Source: Podarcis melisellensis (taxonomy: Eukaryota). Taken from it: a stretch of DNA of 64,000 nucleotides. The notes beneath the pieces were generated by a model. That model made no database searches, was not told where the DNA came from, and saw nothing but the letters and a program-made list of their open reading frames with translations. This document shows, in pieces, positions 24,301 to 37,700 of the stretch (position 1 is its first letter; each line of letters opens with the position of its first letter). The translations under genes were made by a program, and so were the position numbers. Where the stretch lies: the NCBI GenBank assembly GCA_964234715.1, contig OZ174276.1, one strand, 5' to 3'.

Positions 24301-27300
24301 AGGCTTCTGAGCATGGCAGGTGACACCAGACAAGCAAATTTCCCCTTATAATCAGTTATATAAGGGCTGGTTCACATGTTACAGTAGACCATGGTTAAAG
24401 GTTTACCAAGAATGAGCAGATTGATTTACTTCAATTCCTCTCCTAACATGTGCGGGAGCAATCAGCCACACTCCTTGGCTGAGTGTTAAGCCCAAATCAA
24501 GTATCATAGTTTGTTTTGCTCACACCATAACCGGGAAGTCAACAAGAACAATCACTGGCTTTAGATCATGTTTGCTTGGAGCAAATATTCATTACTGTCA
24601 TGCAATGGGCTGACACTTTTTCGTAGAGATATTCACTATGACTTCAACTTCTCTCCCCCAGTTAGCATACACCCATCACTGTAGATGTGAACTTCAGATA
24701 TTTGCCCCACTATTCATAACTTACATTGAACAACATTTGATATTTTGTTGCCCATTTATTCAGGGTCCGATTTCCCAAATACTTTTCAATTGAAATCTGG
24801 GATTCTGGCCAGGGATTTATGTTGTGGCATCTCTATTTACAAGCCCCTTCTCCCAAGAAGTCCAGACCATCAGCTATTTTATTTGTGACATCTATGTCAT
24901 CAGAAAAAACCTTATTAAACACAATTTACTGTACCTGTTTCAAAATATTTTGCTCTCTCATTAGCTTTTGTCGTTCTCTGTTTGGCTTTGAGAACATGAC
25001 TTCAAGCACATCTTGTCCAGAATTTGTTCCACCGGTAACAAAATATACCAAATCTTCCAGCAACTTTGTAACAGACCTACAGTTGGTTTGTTTTGAAAAA
25101 AAATCCTAGCTGTTAATCCAAAATATAATATGAACAGTGAAAATATCACCCTCTTAAAATAAATACAAGCCACTGAGTTACAACGAAGAAAAGGTGCTCA
25201 TATTAAAAACAGAGCACTGTATTCAGAGCCACTCCAAAAATGTATTACATTTAATACATTTCAAAGTTATATTTTGAGTAATTGTTGAAGGAGAGGGGTT
25301 GTTAAATTCATAGGTATCCAAGGAAATTGGTACAAGAAACACATGCAAGATCATTACAATATGTAACAGTTTTATTATTGACTCCTTGTCTAACAATCCC
25401 TAGCACGTTTTAAAACCTAAAAGTAACTTGATGCTTATTGTTGCAAATGCTACTTTTCTGTACCACTCTGTGACATCCACCTGAAAAGCAGTATATACGG
25501 TAAGTAACTTAAATATTAAATTAATGGATGAAATAAACAAAGCTGCCTTCTCTGTCTTTCAACCTTTGTCTTATGTTGGAGAACATATTTTTTTCCATTA
25601 AGAAGCTCGCATTATTATTTTTCCTTACCTCCGTTCATTCTGGGTTATTGTCCCCTTTTCCAACTTGCCAGCAATGGAACCCAATACTTTGCTTGCGTCA
25701 TTTGCAAAATCCAAGTCTCGGACTTCTGCTGGAGAAACTGGTACTATAGCAAAAGCTTCTTTGTCTTCTTTTACTGGAGAGGTGCCAATCTTTAAAAACA
25801 AGGCAATTTTAGTCACAATCTCACAGAGAAAACGCTTTTGTAATGAAGACCCTAGGGAAACAATGCTCAGGTTCTCCAAACATTATTGTGAAATTGTGGT
25901 AGGAATAGTTCCATTACCACAATAGGCAATTCATTGTCTTCAATTATCATAGTTCAAGCCAAACTCATTGCTTCAGATTCTTCAGTTTGTTTTTAGTGAA
26001 TATTCTACTATTATCCATTGGATTTTATTTTATTTTTTTATTATGGGCTATGATCTGACTTCTGGTTTCCCCTTTGACTCTAGTGCTAAACCAGAAAAAA
26101 GCAGCAGGGACGAGGAAGATGATTTGTTAACCACTTTCTTATTTTTTCTGATGAAAAGCAGTACACCAATGCTTGAAATAAATAATTGGATGAGAGACTA
26201 GCTACTATAAGGGTTTAAGTGTTGAGACAGTAGAGGGACTTGCCGTTAGACAAATGGACAAGCACTCAGCACGAGTATCGTGCCTGATACACAAAAACCT
26301 TTGCAAGGTCTTCCAAGAGATACTTATTTAAGATGCAAAGTGTTAATTTATGTTCTTCTACTATTCCATTTTAATAATGGACTGGCGTTGTGCCCAAACA
26401 ATGCTGTGTGAATCATGTCCTAAATAAGAATTGTGTTCATCATTGTCTTCTCTGAAATAGCTTTATTGGTAGCAGAAGAGATGAGATATAAATGAGATTC
26501 CATTGCATGACTTACTTTAAGCATCACAGGTTTTTCTTCTTCTTTATCAATGGGGATATTTGTGCTGTGAACCCAGGTATTTGTACACAAATGTCTAAGT
26601 CTGACATAGGAGTTCCTAAAAAGAACCAGGTATTATTTATATTATTAAGCTCCTCAGCAAGCCAATACTTTTCAAATAAAAACAACACCTTTTCAATCTC
26701 CTTTTAATTTTTTACTTGCAAGGTTTTATTTCAGCTGGAATATGAAATGCAGCCAAGTCTTAAATTGCAAGGTATTCAGTATGTAATGACTTCTATGAAG
26801 CCTGATTCACTATTTCAAATTATCTTTCCCAGGTACAAACAGGATGCTAGTTGCAGAGGTGTAATATGACACTGTTTTTTTTAAAGGTGAGATCCAGCGT
26901 TGTGCTGGCAGCTGCAATGCTTCATCCTGCAGCCCTCAGCTATTCCAGAGGGGGGCCCCCAACTCACTGGCACAGATTTGGGGGGGAGTGCTGTTTCCTA
27001 GCCATAAACACATCAAGGAAGCACTGGAAAATAAGTCACAATTCGTTTCTGCAAAAGTGCTGCCTTTTGTAACTGTCTGCTGCAGCTATCCAAGACTGCC
27101 TAGCAAATGGTCTGGCATTTTAAAGTGGTCTCACAACAGCTGCAGACACCTTCATCATTTATAACATCATACCTTGGGACAAGGCTGTCTCCCCCTCGTA
27201 AAGTAGTGGGGTCAAGCTCAAAGATGGAAGAGATATCATTTCCTTCAGGCACAGAGACTAAAGAGTATGCCATCTTCTCTGGAGTATTATGCAAGCCCCT

Positions 27301-30300
27301 TCTGGATGCATCCTGATCAGGATCCAGCTGTGGAAGAAATTGCAAATCAAATCAACATTGCAAAGCTGCCTGCCCAGGCTGGAAGGCAGAGCACCTCATG
27401 GTTATAACTGAAGCATTTCAAATATAGATACAGGCACAAGAACTCAATGGCACATCACAATCTAATAGGGTTAACTAGAACCGGGCAGAAGACTTATAAG
27501 CAACAGTAAACCATCAAGCTGAGTTGTGTCAAAGTCACGGAGAAGCCAAGACATAGCCTAGGGTTTTCCAGAGCTCCTCAGTCTCCTAGAAAGGACAATT
27601 CTACCCAAGTTAGGCAACCCAAATGACAGCTGCCAAGTTTTGGCAACCAACAATTAATTCATATTTGTTCTCATTGTTTTAAGGGCAAGTTGATATCCTC
27701 TTAACCCCTGAATTCCGCTTGTGTAGGGAGAGGCCTACACAAATCTACTTGGAGGGTTGAGAGACCCTCTGGAGGAGCATGAAAGGTGGTGTAGAGGGCT
27801 TCAGAGAGAAGGGGGGAAATAGTGGAAATTGCCTCCCACTAAAAATAAATCTTACGAATTGAAAAAACTGAAGGTTCTTGGAAAGGCCAAGGATACAAAG
27901 GGGGGAAAATGAATTATCTTTTCTTCAATTTTTATAACAAATATGAAGGTGCTGGACCACCCTGAGATCTGTGGCTATAAGGTGATATGTAAATTTAATT
28001 AATTAATTAATTAATTAATTATATTGTTACAAAGCTGAATTACAAGAAAGCAACCCTAAATACAAAAGGGCATACGATTTTTACTTGGAGGAAGTAACAG
28101 TTTCTATGGGTACATGCACATAAAATAAGTAACTGCAAACGGCTGGTCCACCCATCTTCCTAGAGGCAAACTTGAATCCCTTGCAACTCCTCCACAGAAA
28201 ATGTGAACAATCCCTTCTGCAAAAGCACCTCACAACGAACTAGAAACATTGTCCAAGAAAACCATAGTGAAGAAGCACTCCGCAGCGCTGTAAGTGAAAG
28301 GAGGCAGAGGAAAAGCAAAATTCAAACCACCGAACAAATCAGATGAAGAAAGGTAAAGCCAGCCCTTACAAAAAGTGGAGTTTGGAGTGAGGGGAGGTAA
28401 TTTAGTTGAGGCACCACAAACTGCCCTTGCAGTGTATGGACGGAGCAGTAAAATGTAGATCTAGAAGGGGCAGCATAGATCACCTGTATAGATTTTGGCC
28501 CGATGTCTTGCTGAGTACACTGCCAGGTATTTCTAGTTCAAAAAGAAGAGAACTTAAAGGAGCCTGATTTGGTTGAAGTGGAGCTTCAGGGAAGTGGGAA
28601 ATTTCAAACTTTTGGGTTACGTTCCAAAAGACAAAATTGTGCCTTCTGCGCAAGAGACTGAGCCCTTGATGTCTTATTTTACTATATGCTTATGTATCCA
28701 GCGACCATCTCCACACCATCTCGTCATTTCTCTTACATATCCTGTACATTGTTGTACAGGAAAAAAATCAATTTGCCTCACACTATGTTTATCTTGCTTA
28801 CGGTCTAATCTCGCCATCTGGTGGTTAAAAGCAAGAAAAGAGGAAATTGTGCAAGTAAGACCTCCACCCTCTGTATGTGTAAGAAACGTAGTTGTTTATT
28901 GGTTTGCACAGAGTTTCCCCTTAAGGCTTTTGGAATGTTGCTTTTTTCTGTTTTAGAGTAATATGTAACAGAGGAGGAGAAGATAATGGTGCAGCCCTTA
29001 TGCCAAGACAACAGCAGTGCCACATGGGCCTGTGCCACAATCATGGGGACCTACTGGTTCTTTCTTGTGACACAGTTACTGGCAAGACAACTCATCCTAT
29101 CCCCAAAGTCCATAGCATTATGTAAATGCTGTGGACAACCTTGTTGTGCACCCTAGTGGCTCAGCACCCATCTAGCAAAGTCCCCTCACCCTTGGACAGT
29201 GGGAAATCATGCTCAGAGTGCACAAGACCCCAGATGCAATCCCTGATTACACAGAAGGGATATCAAAGAACTACAGCCGAGAAATAAGTTAAATTAGGCA
29301 TTCCTGGGATCCCTGCTATTTTACTTGATTTAAAGCAAACCCTGGTAATAAACTGATAAACCAAAATACCAAGCCTGTTAAATTATTCTTTCCCTCCCAA
29401 GGAGACTCTGACAGTATCTGTCAACCACAAAAGTGACCCCACCAAAACTTAGCATTTCCGACAGATTGTAGTGTAAGCAAAATGTGTTGACACTAAAAAA
29501 GAAAAAAAGGGAATGAGGAAACTGGCAGCCATTGGCTCTGAGCATATAAGGCAGCAATCTCTGAACCTCAATAAGCTAGTTCTTCTCATTAAAAGGACCA
29601 TGCTGCAACAGCCTACTTCTCCTGAACCTAAGTACTTTAGTCCTCTTCCAGCTTCCACTGTTTCTGCTTTCGTATTTGAAGCATTTCTCCCACTCTAACC
29701 AAAAGGGCTCCCAGATTGGTTTACAAAAGTAATAAAAAAGCTCCCTGCTCTCAGGCCTACAATCTAAAATAAAACACATACAAGGAAAATGTGATGTGGA
29801 GGGAGGAAGAAAAGGGTAAGTTAAGGAAGCTGGTTATTTTTAGTTACATTTCTTATAACAACCAGCTGGGATGGAATGGCTGAAGGCAGATTGACTCTCA
29901 GCAAAAGGGATGAAATAGACTTGCTTCACTTGTTAGCACTTTTCTCAGCAGTTCCTTCATTGTCTGCTTTACAGATTGATTTCAACTTCAATTAGCATTG
30001 TCGGATTGTAAGCCGACAGGGGAATGTTGGAAATTGGACATGTTGATGACGGTGGGGATGCTGGCTGCAAGGAAAAGCAGCTGGGTTCTATATTTAGATG
30101 GATGCAAGTTGGATCAGCACCACTTTGGTGAATTGACTGAATCTACCCTTGTTTAACTCCTGCCACCCTAGCAGTTCGAAAGCACGTCAAAGTGCAAGTA
30201 GATCAATAGGTACCGCTCCGGCAGGAAAGTAAACGGCATTTCCGTGTGCTGCTCTGGTTCACCAGAAGCGGCTTAGTCATGCTGGCCACATGACGGGAAG

Positions 30301-31517
30301 CTGTACACCGGCTCCCTCAGCCAATAAAGCGTGTCATCCGTGCCTGGACCTAATGGTCAGGGGTCCCTTTACCTTTACCCTGTTTAACACAGCTATAAAG
30401 TGGGGGAAGGGGTTTTGGGTGGAAGCAAAGCAAAGAGGGAACTACTTTAATTCCTCCCCCCTTCACTAATATTTAGGTTCAGGGCTAGGGCGCTTCATGT
30501 GTGTGTTTTGAACATTCTGCAGGACCCTTCTTCATAGCCATATAAAATATATATGAACAGCATTATTTTGTGTGACAGCCTATATCATGCATTCCAGGAC
30601 CTTAAGTGGTAAAGAGAATTTGGGTTTGACATATTAATGATGATTGCAGTGAAGACTTACCCACCCTTCATGCAAAGTCCCCAGGCAGGTTACAGCAATT
30701 AAAGTAGAGTGTTTAAAACAGTTCAAAAACAACTTACAATTGCTGCTTATAGTTGCATTCCCATCCCCCCTTCTCCTCCTGTCCCCCAAGTTCTGTGTTG
30801 CAGAAGGCAAAGCATGATAAAATGCTGGAAATAGCTATGAGAAACAAGCATCTCTCACAGCATTAGCATGTAGAAACAGAAAGGGGAAAACCCCAAAATT
30901 TCTTTTTTAAAAATTATCTGAAATCAGCAACCTTGTAATGAAACTAACATGTTATTGAACTTCCTCAGTCTTTTTTTTCCAGAAGTTACATTTTTTTGAT
31001 AAGTGTCCTTAAGGGATTTTCCAAATTCCCCCGCCCTCCCCAAAAGTTCACAACTCTAAATAGGAGACAGTCTTGTCTGGGGTGGTAATCCAATGCTGTT
31101 TGCCAGGAAGGAAACTGTCATTAGTACAGGGGAGGGAGCTAATCTTCGGTGCTGCTTCCTAAAGGCTCCCTAACCCTCTAAATCTGCTCTGGAAGGTCCT
31201 AAATGCAGGGGGAGGGGGCTGCAGGGAGATATCTCTTAGAACCACCTCAATCCCCCATTTTGTTAATGTATTCCTTCAGCCAGTAAACGAGCGGCGCTGA
31301 ATGAACAGCACAGAATACCCACCTCTGTGATTTGCTGCACACAAACCACCATTAGAAACCTTTTAATAGTTTCTGAAAGAGCTGAACAAGTCTCCTTAAT
31401 TTAGCACTGAAATCATGTCCTTCTGGTTACTGACACTCCCATTGTCCTACACAATATCCTCAATCAGGAGATGGGATACAATTTCCTGTATCTATACATA
31501 TACTTTCTCTGTCTCTC

Positions 31518-31568
<51 letters not shown>

Positions 31569-34500
31569 ACACTTCCTGAGGTCCTTTAATTACAGCATCT
31601 CGCTTCCAAGTGCTTAGAACCCTGTGAAAATGCTGCCGCTCAATTCACGGACAAAGATCTGCAGTTTCACCTCCACTATTCGTACACAATGTGCTCCCTG
31701 CACCACATAAGCATTTCGAACTGCAACAGCTAGCTTGGCATATTCAACTGCTGACACACACATCCCACTATTATCCATACATTGGAGACATGACCTTCAA
31801 CCTCCTACAGTCTGGAGGACAATCAGCATCTGCATATGCCATACTTCCGAAAGACAGGAGTGGGGAACATTCAGCTCCTTGTTTTTTCTGGTCATGCAGC
31901 ACAGAAAATGCTTGCTCACTGTTCTGGAAACTTATCAACAGACACATCGTTTATTACAAGCAAGAGTGGAGAGTGACTACAATTTCAATGGAGGGATATA
32001 GTTTCCCTGTTTCTAAGGTAGAGAAACACTGTTCTAACCAAGGTGTAAGAAGGGCTTTATAACATGCTTGGATATATAAAGGTGAGATTACAGCAGGCAG
32101 AAGGATAGCAGATTTGTTTAGCTAGGTATCTTACCTAGGTAACTAATGATTACCACAGCCCAGTATCACTAGAGATGGCAGTGGAAAACGCCATGTTAAA
32201 TACTTCATCAATTAAGAGGTTAACAAAAAGCTGCAATACTAACCCTGCTTAGTGAGTAAGCCCCACTGAATTAAATATAACTTATTTCTGAGTAGACATG
32301 GTTAGGATTGCACAGTAAGCTTTGATTTGTCTACATGCTTGCCAATCATACCAGGGCCTGTGTCAACACCAGTGCTCAAATTACAGGGGGCAGGCGGGGC
32401 TTAGCCCCCTTATTTTTTGTGTTGCCCCCTTAGAGACTTACTTTAGAAACTCTAGAAGCATATCAGGGGCATAATTTAGCTAAAATTTGGGGGGTAGGCA
32501 GGGGTTGAGTTTGTGGATTTTGTTAAGGGCCCCCTTAACTTCCACTCCCCCAATAATTTGAGCACTGGTCAGCACCCCTTGATTAGAGGCAAGAGGATAC
32601 TCTTGCCTATACTTACTGAGGACTGACATTCCTGGTAATCTTCCACATAGTCAGGATTTACCTGATGGAAGAGAATCACAAGCAGGTCAAAATAACAACT
32701 AGCTTTCCCCCCACCCAAAATCTATAACACAGTACACAATGAGCATAAATAAATTCATAAAATGCTATCATAGCCATGCTATGGCCAGCCACTCACAAAA
32801 GCAAGCTAAGCAACTGTAAGGCTAAAGCAAAAGAAAAAAGAAAAACCCATCAATGTAGTGAGCTGGCTCAGCTCTTTAATATGAACAAATTTGTGCAGGA
32901 CATAAGAAGAGCTTGCTGGATCAGACCAATGACCCATCTAAGTCCAGGATCCTGCTCTAACAGTGGCAAACCAGATGCACGTGAGAAACCTGCAAGCTGG
33001 ACAAGAATACAACAGATCTCTGTCCACTTGTGATTCCCAGCAAGTGGTATTCAAAGGCATATTGCCTCTGACAGTGGAGGTAGAACACAGCCATTGTGAA
33101 TGTCGCTAGCCTTGTGGCTCCATGAATTTGTCTAATCCTCTTTTAAAGCCATCCAAGTTGGTGGCCCATGGCTGCCTTCCGTCGGATAGCGTTCCGTTGA
33201 CTATGTGCTATGTGAAGAACTTCCTTTTATCTGTCCTGAGTCTTCCAACATTCAGCTTCATCGGATGCCCATGAGTTTTAGTGTTATGGGAGAGGGGGGG
33301 AAACTTTTCTGTATCCACTTTCTCCATGCAATGCATCATGTTATAAACTTGTTTTATGGTACCTCTCACTCATCTTTTCTCTAAACTGAAAAGTCCCAAA
33401 GGCAGCAACTTTTCCTCACAGCGGAATAGCTCCACCCCCTTGATTATTTTGACTGCCCTTTTCTAACTGTACAACATCTTTTTTGAGGTGACTGTATCAA
33501 CCAGTTCAAGATATCACGGTTTTCAGGGCACTTTTTTATTAAAGTACATCCACAGAACTCTATAGTAGGAAAGTCACTTATGGAGAGAGTTTAGTCTTTG
33601 TTTCAAGCTTAATTCAAAGAAATGTCGGTCCTGCCTAACTTGTGACCCCTTCAGATTAAGATATTCTTTCCAAGTCTCAGTTTAGTAACCCAGCACTTAT
33701 CCTGAGTAACAGTACCTATAAAATAAAGGAGGATGGCAGCATGTTAGGAAAAGGTTCTCGGGATACTGACCTCTGCAGCTAAGTAGTGTCCAGTGGCAAG
33801 ATGTTTGAACCGAAAAAGGCTATTCCAATATCCCGCACCACCTCGACAAGGGTCATGTTGTACTACCTGTAATGCAATAAGAAGAGATGCCCTTCCATAA
33901 ACCACCTCTCATTTGACCTTAAGAGGGTGAACAAGAGAATGGGCCAAACCTAACAGATAGGGTGAAGAGAACGGGGACGATCAACAAGAAAAAAGTTGTC
34001 TAAACAGCTATGACAAAATATATTTCCAAAGGTTTCAGGTAAAAAGTGCTTGGTTATCTCAACATGTTTGTGATAGTGCATATTCCTATGATGAGTAGCA
34101 ATGCTACGCTGATAAAACATTGGCACCAGTGAGTGTAAAAAAAAATGGCTTGGTGTCGGAGGATACCTGCCTTGAGTGAGAGCATGAAGGAGTGGTTCTA
34201 TGACCACAGGTGAAGAGGACTGAGTTCTGGAGGAAAGGGTTATATTTGGTACCTGGACTCCTCGCAGATAGATAATGTAACATCCATATTTGGGGATGTA
34301 TTTGTTTGTGGAGATGTATACTGTGCATTTATTGGTGCCACAATAAATGTTGTGCAGGCAAAATGGTGCTGTGAATAATAAATAATTAATAATAATAATA
34401 CAGTGGTGCCCCACAAGACGAACGCCTCGCAAGACGGAAAACCCGCTAGACGAAAGGGTTTTCCGTCTGGGAGGCGCTTCGCAAAACGAATTTCCTATGG

Positions 34501-34736
34501 GCTTGCTTCGCAAGATGAAAATGTCTTGCGAGTTCCTGTGGTTTTCCCCCCCTTCCCCCCCTTTCCCTAAGCTGCTAAGCCGCTTATCAGCTGATCGCTA
34601 AAAGCCGCTAAACCTCTAATAGCGCTAATCCGCTAAGCTGTCAATGGGCTTGCTTCGCAAGGCGAAAAAACCGCTATACGAAGAGCCTCACAGAACAGAT
34701 TAATTTCGTCTTGCGAGGCACCACTGTAATAATAAT

Positions 34737-34782
<46 letters not shown>

Positions 34783-37700
34783 TTATTTATACCCCGCCCA
34801 TCTGGCTGGGCCTCCCCACCCACTATGGGCGGCCCCCAACAAAATATCTAAACACAGTAATGCATCAGACATTAAAAGCTTCCCTAAACAGGGCTGCCTT
34901 CTAAAGTCTTCTAAAGTCTGGTAGTTGTTGTTCTCTTTGACATAATTGGTCAAGAGGAGGACTATTAAGACAACTGTGACACAACATCCTCCTAGCCTCA
35001 ACAGTTTAGAGGGCTTGTTTTTAGCACCCTCTAACCTGGTCTGCAGGTGCTGCTCTGAAATGCCGCTCTGGCAGGTGGAAAGGAAGTTTAAGCACCAGCC
35101 TACTGCTTGAACATCAAGCCAACCTGAAATGTGTAACAGAAATTAGGTGAGACAAGGGTGAGGGGTAAAGCTCTCCTAAAGTGTTCACTAGCTTTCCAGG
35201 CACAACACCAGGTGGCCAGGTATCCAATCCAGTTAATAACCTGTCCTTGAGAACATGTTGCTGTTTTTGAAATCTAAACAGTGTTTCCAGGTAGGGGAAA
35301 AAATATAGGATGGGAAGCGCAACAAGCTTTGGTGTATGTGGAGCTTTCCATCTATCTTTTAAATAAAGGCAATACTCATAACAAACCTATTCAGAAATCT
35401 CTATTCCCATCTTTACCTCAACTTCCCACAGAGCTTTTGAGCTAGTTGCAGAAGTAGCTGACTGTCTCCCAGTGGTTCTCAGGAAGACGTGCTGCTTCTT
35501 TCTGTGCTCATCACAAGTCAGAAATTTTTCCTGCTCTGCATGAAACAACCGCACCACATCTCCCTGCAAAGGCAATGAGAAGGCAAATGGGTAGGAAGCT
35601 CAACAAATACTTTTAAAATTTAAAACCTAGCAATGAGGCGCATTGTTCATCTTACCCCTTTCAGGATATCGTCTTTGTTATCGCTCCATTTCATAAAGAG
35701 GACTATTTTCCAGCTTGTGTTGCAGTTCACCGAGTTCACCTGTAACAAAAGCAAGCATAAGCAATTAAAACAGAAACATGCAGACACATGATTTGTTATG
35801 AAATACTTTTGTTCAGCTGTTGCCTTTTTTAAAAAAACAACACACACACACACACGCTTCATTGGTGATATAAATTTTGCAAGGGAAGTGGCAGTGTGCA
35901 TGAAACATTTGGAATGGTAATGGAAACCATGATTGATGCTAACTAGGAATTTCTCTCATTAAGAGCTTGCTAACCATGGTGGGAGCTGTCCTTTTTTGGA
36001 GTTTTATTTATTTATTAACATTCTTATGTTACATCAGTAAACATTATCATATTACATCACAAGGCTTATTATAATTTTCAGCATGTATGCAAAGTTTATA
36101 TACCTAAAGAAAAGAAACAAGGACAAAAAAACTATTCCAAAATCATATATGTACCAACACTTTGGACTTCCTGTCTATCCCGTTGTATATTCCTTTTTTA
36201 CAAATGAATGTGCTCTTATTATTGTATATTTCTTTACATTTTATCTAATGAGAGATGTCTGATGAATGGAATTTCTGGTGAAAGTGCAAACACTCCCAAA
36301 GCTAATTTCACTCATGCAGCATAGTTAAGTGTGGCAGCATTTGCCAAAACTACAGGGAATCTTTACAGTTTAGGAGACAGGTATAGAAACAGACAACAAA
36401 GCTTAGTTGAACAACCTTACTGAGGCTATGATTCTGAACAACTTGAATGTAGCTGCCTAGTTTGCTCAGCAAAATTTACAACATGCTTATGCAGTTTTCA
36501 GAATTTGAAAAGACTTACAGTGCAATCCTACTCATATCTAATCAGAAGTAGATCCAAGGTGAATTCAATAGGGCTTGTCTCCAGGTAAGCTTAACCCAAC
36601 TTCCCTAGGAGTAAGTTCCATTGAAATCACTATAACTTACTTCTGAGAAGACATGGGTAGGTTTCTTGAATTTAGCAAACTTACTTCTGCATAAGCAAGT
36701 TGGGAATTTTGCTGTTAGTGGTCAATTCACGGCTCTGTCCTTCAATAACATCTTCAGTAAAGCTAACTGAGCTACAGATGAAAAATGTGTCATAGCAATA
36801 TTACTATTAATGTAGTATTACTATTAATGTAAGTGTTGAAACATCTCATTTATACTCTTTATTTGCAGCTTAAAAAACCCACTCCAGTTAATCTGCAAAC
36901 CAGTTTATAGTACAACAATTTTTTATTGGTTTGGGTACTTTGTTTTAACTTACCTCATTACAGCCAGGATTGTCTACTAGTTGGTGACTACTGGCGTGCA
37001 GAGGCTGGCCAGCATTAACAGGATTCAATACCACCTTGTCCCCTATGACGACCTGAAAAACAAAAGAGTAAAGGTACAGTGTTGCCCCTATAATTCTAGT
37101 GACCTCCTGTTTGTGCTACTGCAATGTTCTCTTTGTGGGCTGCCCTTGAATTAGCTTGAATTAGCCAGATGCAGAATGAGGCTGTCAGGCTGATGCATGG
37201 CACAGTTCAATGGAGCTGTGTGTCATTGGTCCTGAAAGTGCTGCACCGCCTACCAGTGAGCTTCAGGGCGCAATTAAAGAGTGTTAGTGCTAGAGTACTA
37301 ACCCATAAATGGCCTGATAACCCAAGCAGCATCCTAAAATGTCACCTTCTGAAGGAAGCCCACTGTTAGTGGTGCTGCTGAATGGCTGACACTGACACAT
37401 GACAGGGCCTTCTTGGTTGTGGTCCTCCACTTATGTTGTTGTATTTATACTGTTTGCCACCCTTTGTCCCGTTCAAGAGGAAGGGCAGGATAAAAATCCA
37501 GAAAATAATATGAATAATAAAAAGAATATTTCTACAAGTTCATTTCAGAGTAATGCCATTATTAAGCCAACCAAAATGTCATGAAAAAGTGTGTGAGCTT
37601 TTGAGTTTCCCAGAACTCTTCTTCAGGCTAGATGGTTTTATTTAAAACACACACAAACAAAACAGGTAGGGTAGAGAGAAAGAAAGAGAGAACAACAATT

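Noticed and set aside
33950-34513. Longest ORF in the track (187 aa, minus strand)
   Set aside because: Starts inside a MITE, crosses a TAA repeat into intron sequence, and has no recognisable protein features.
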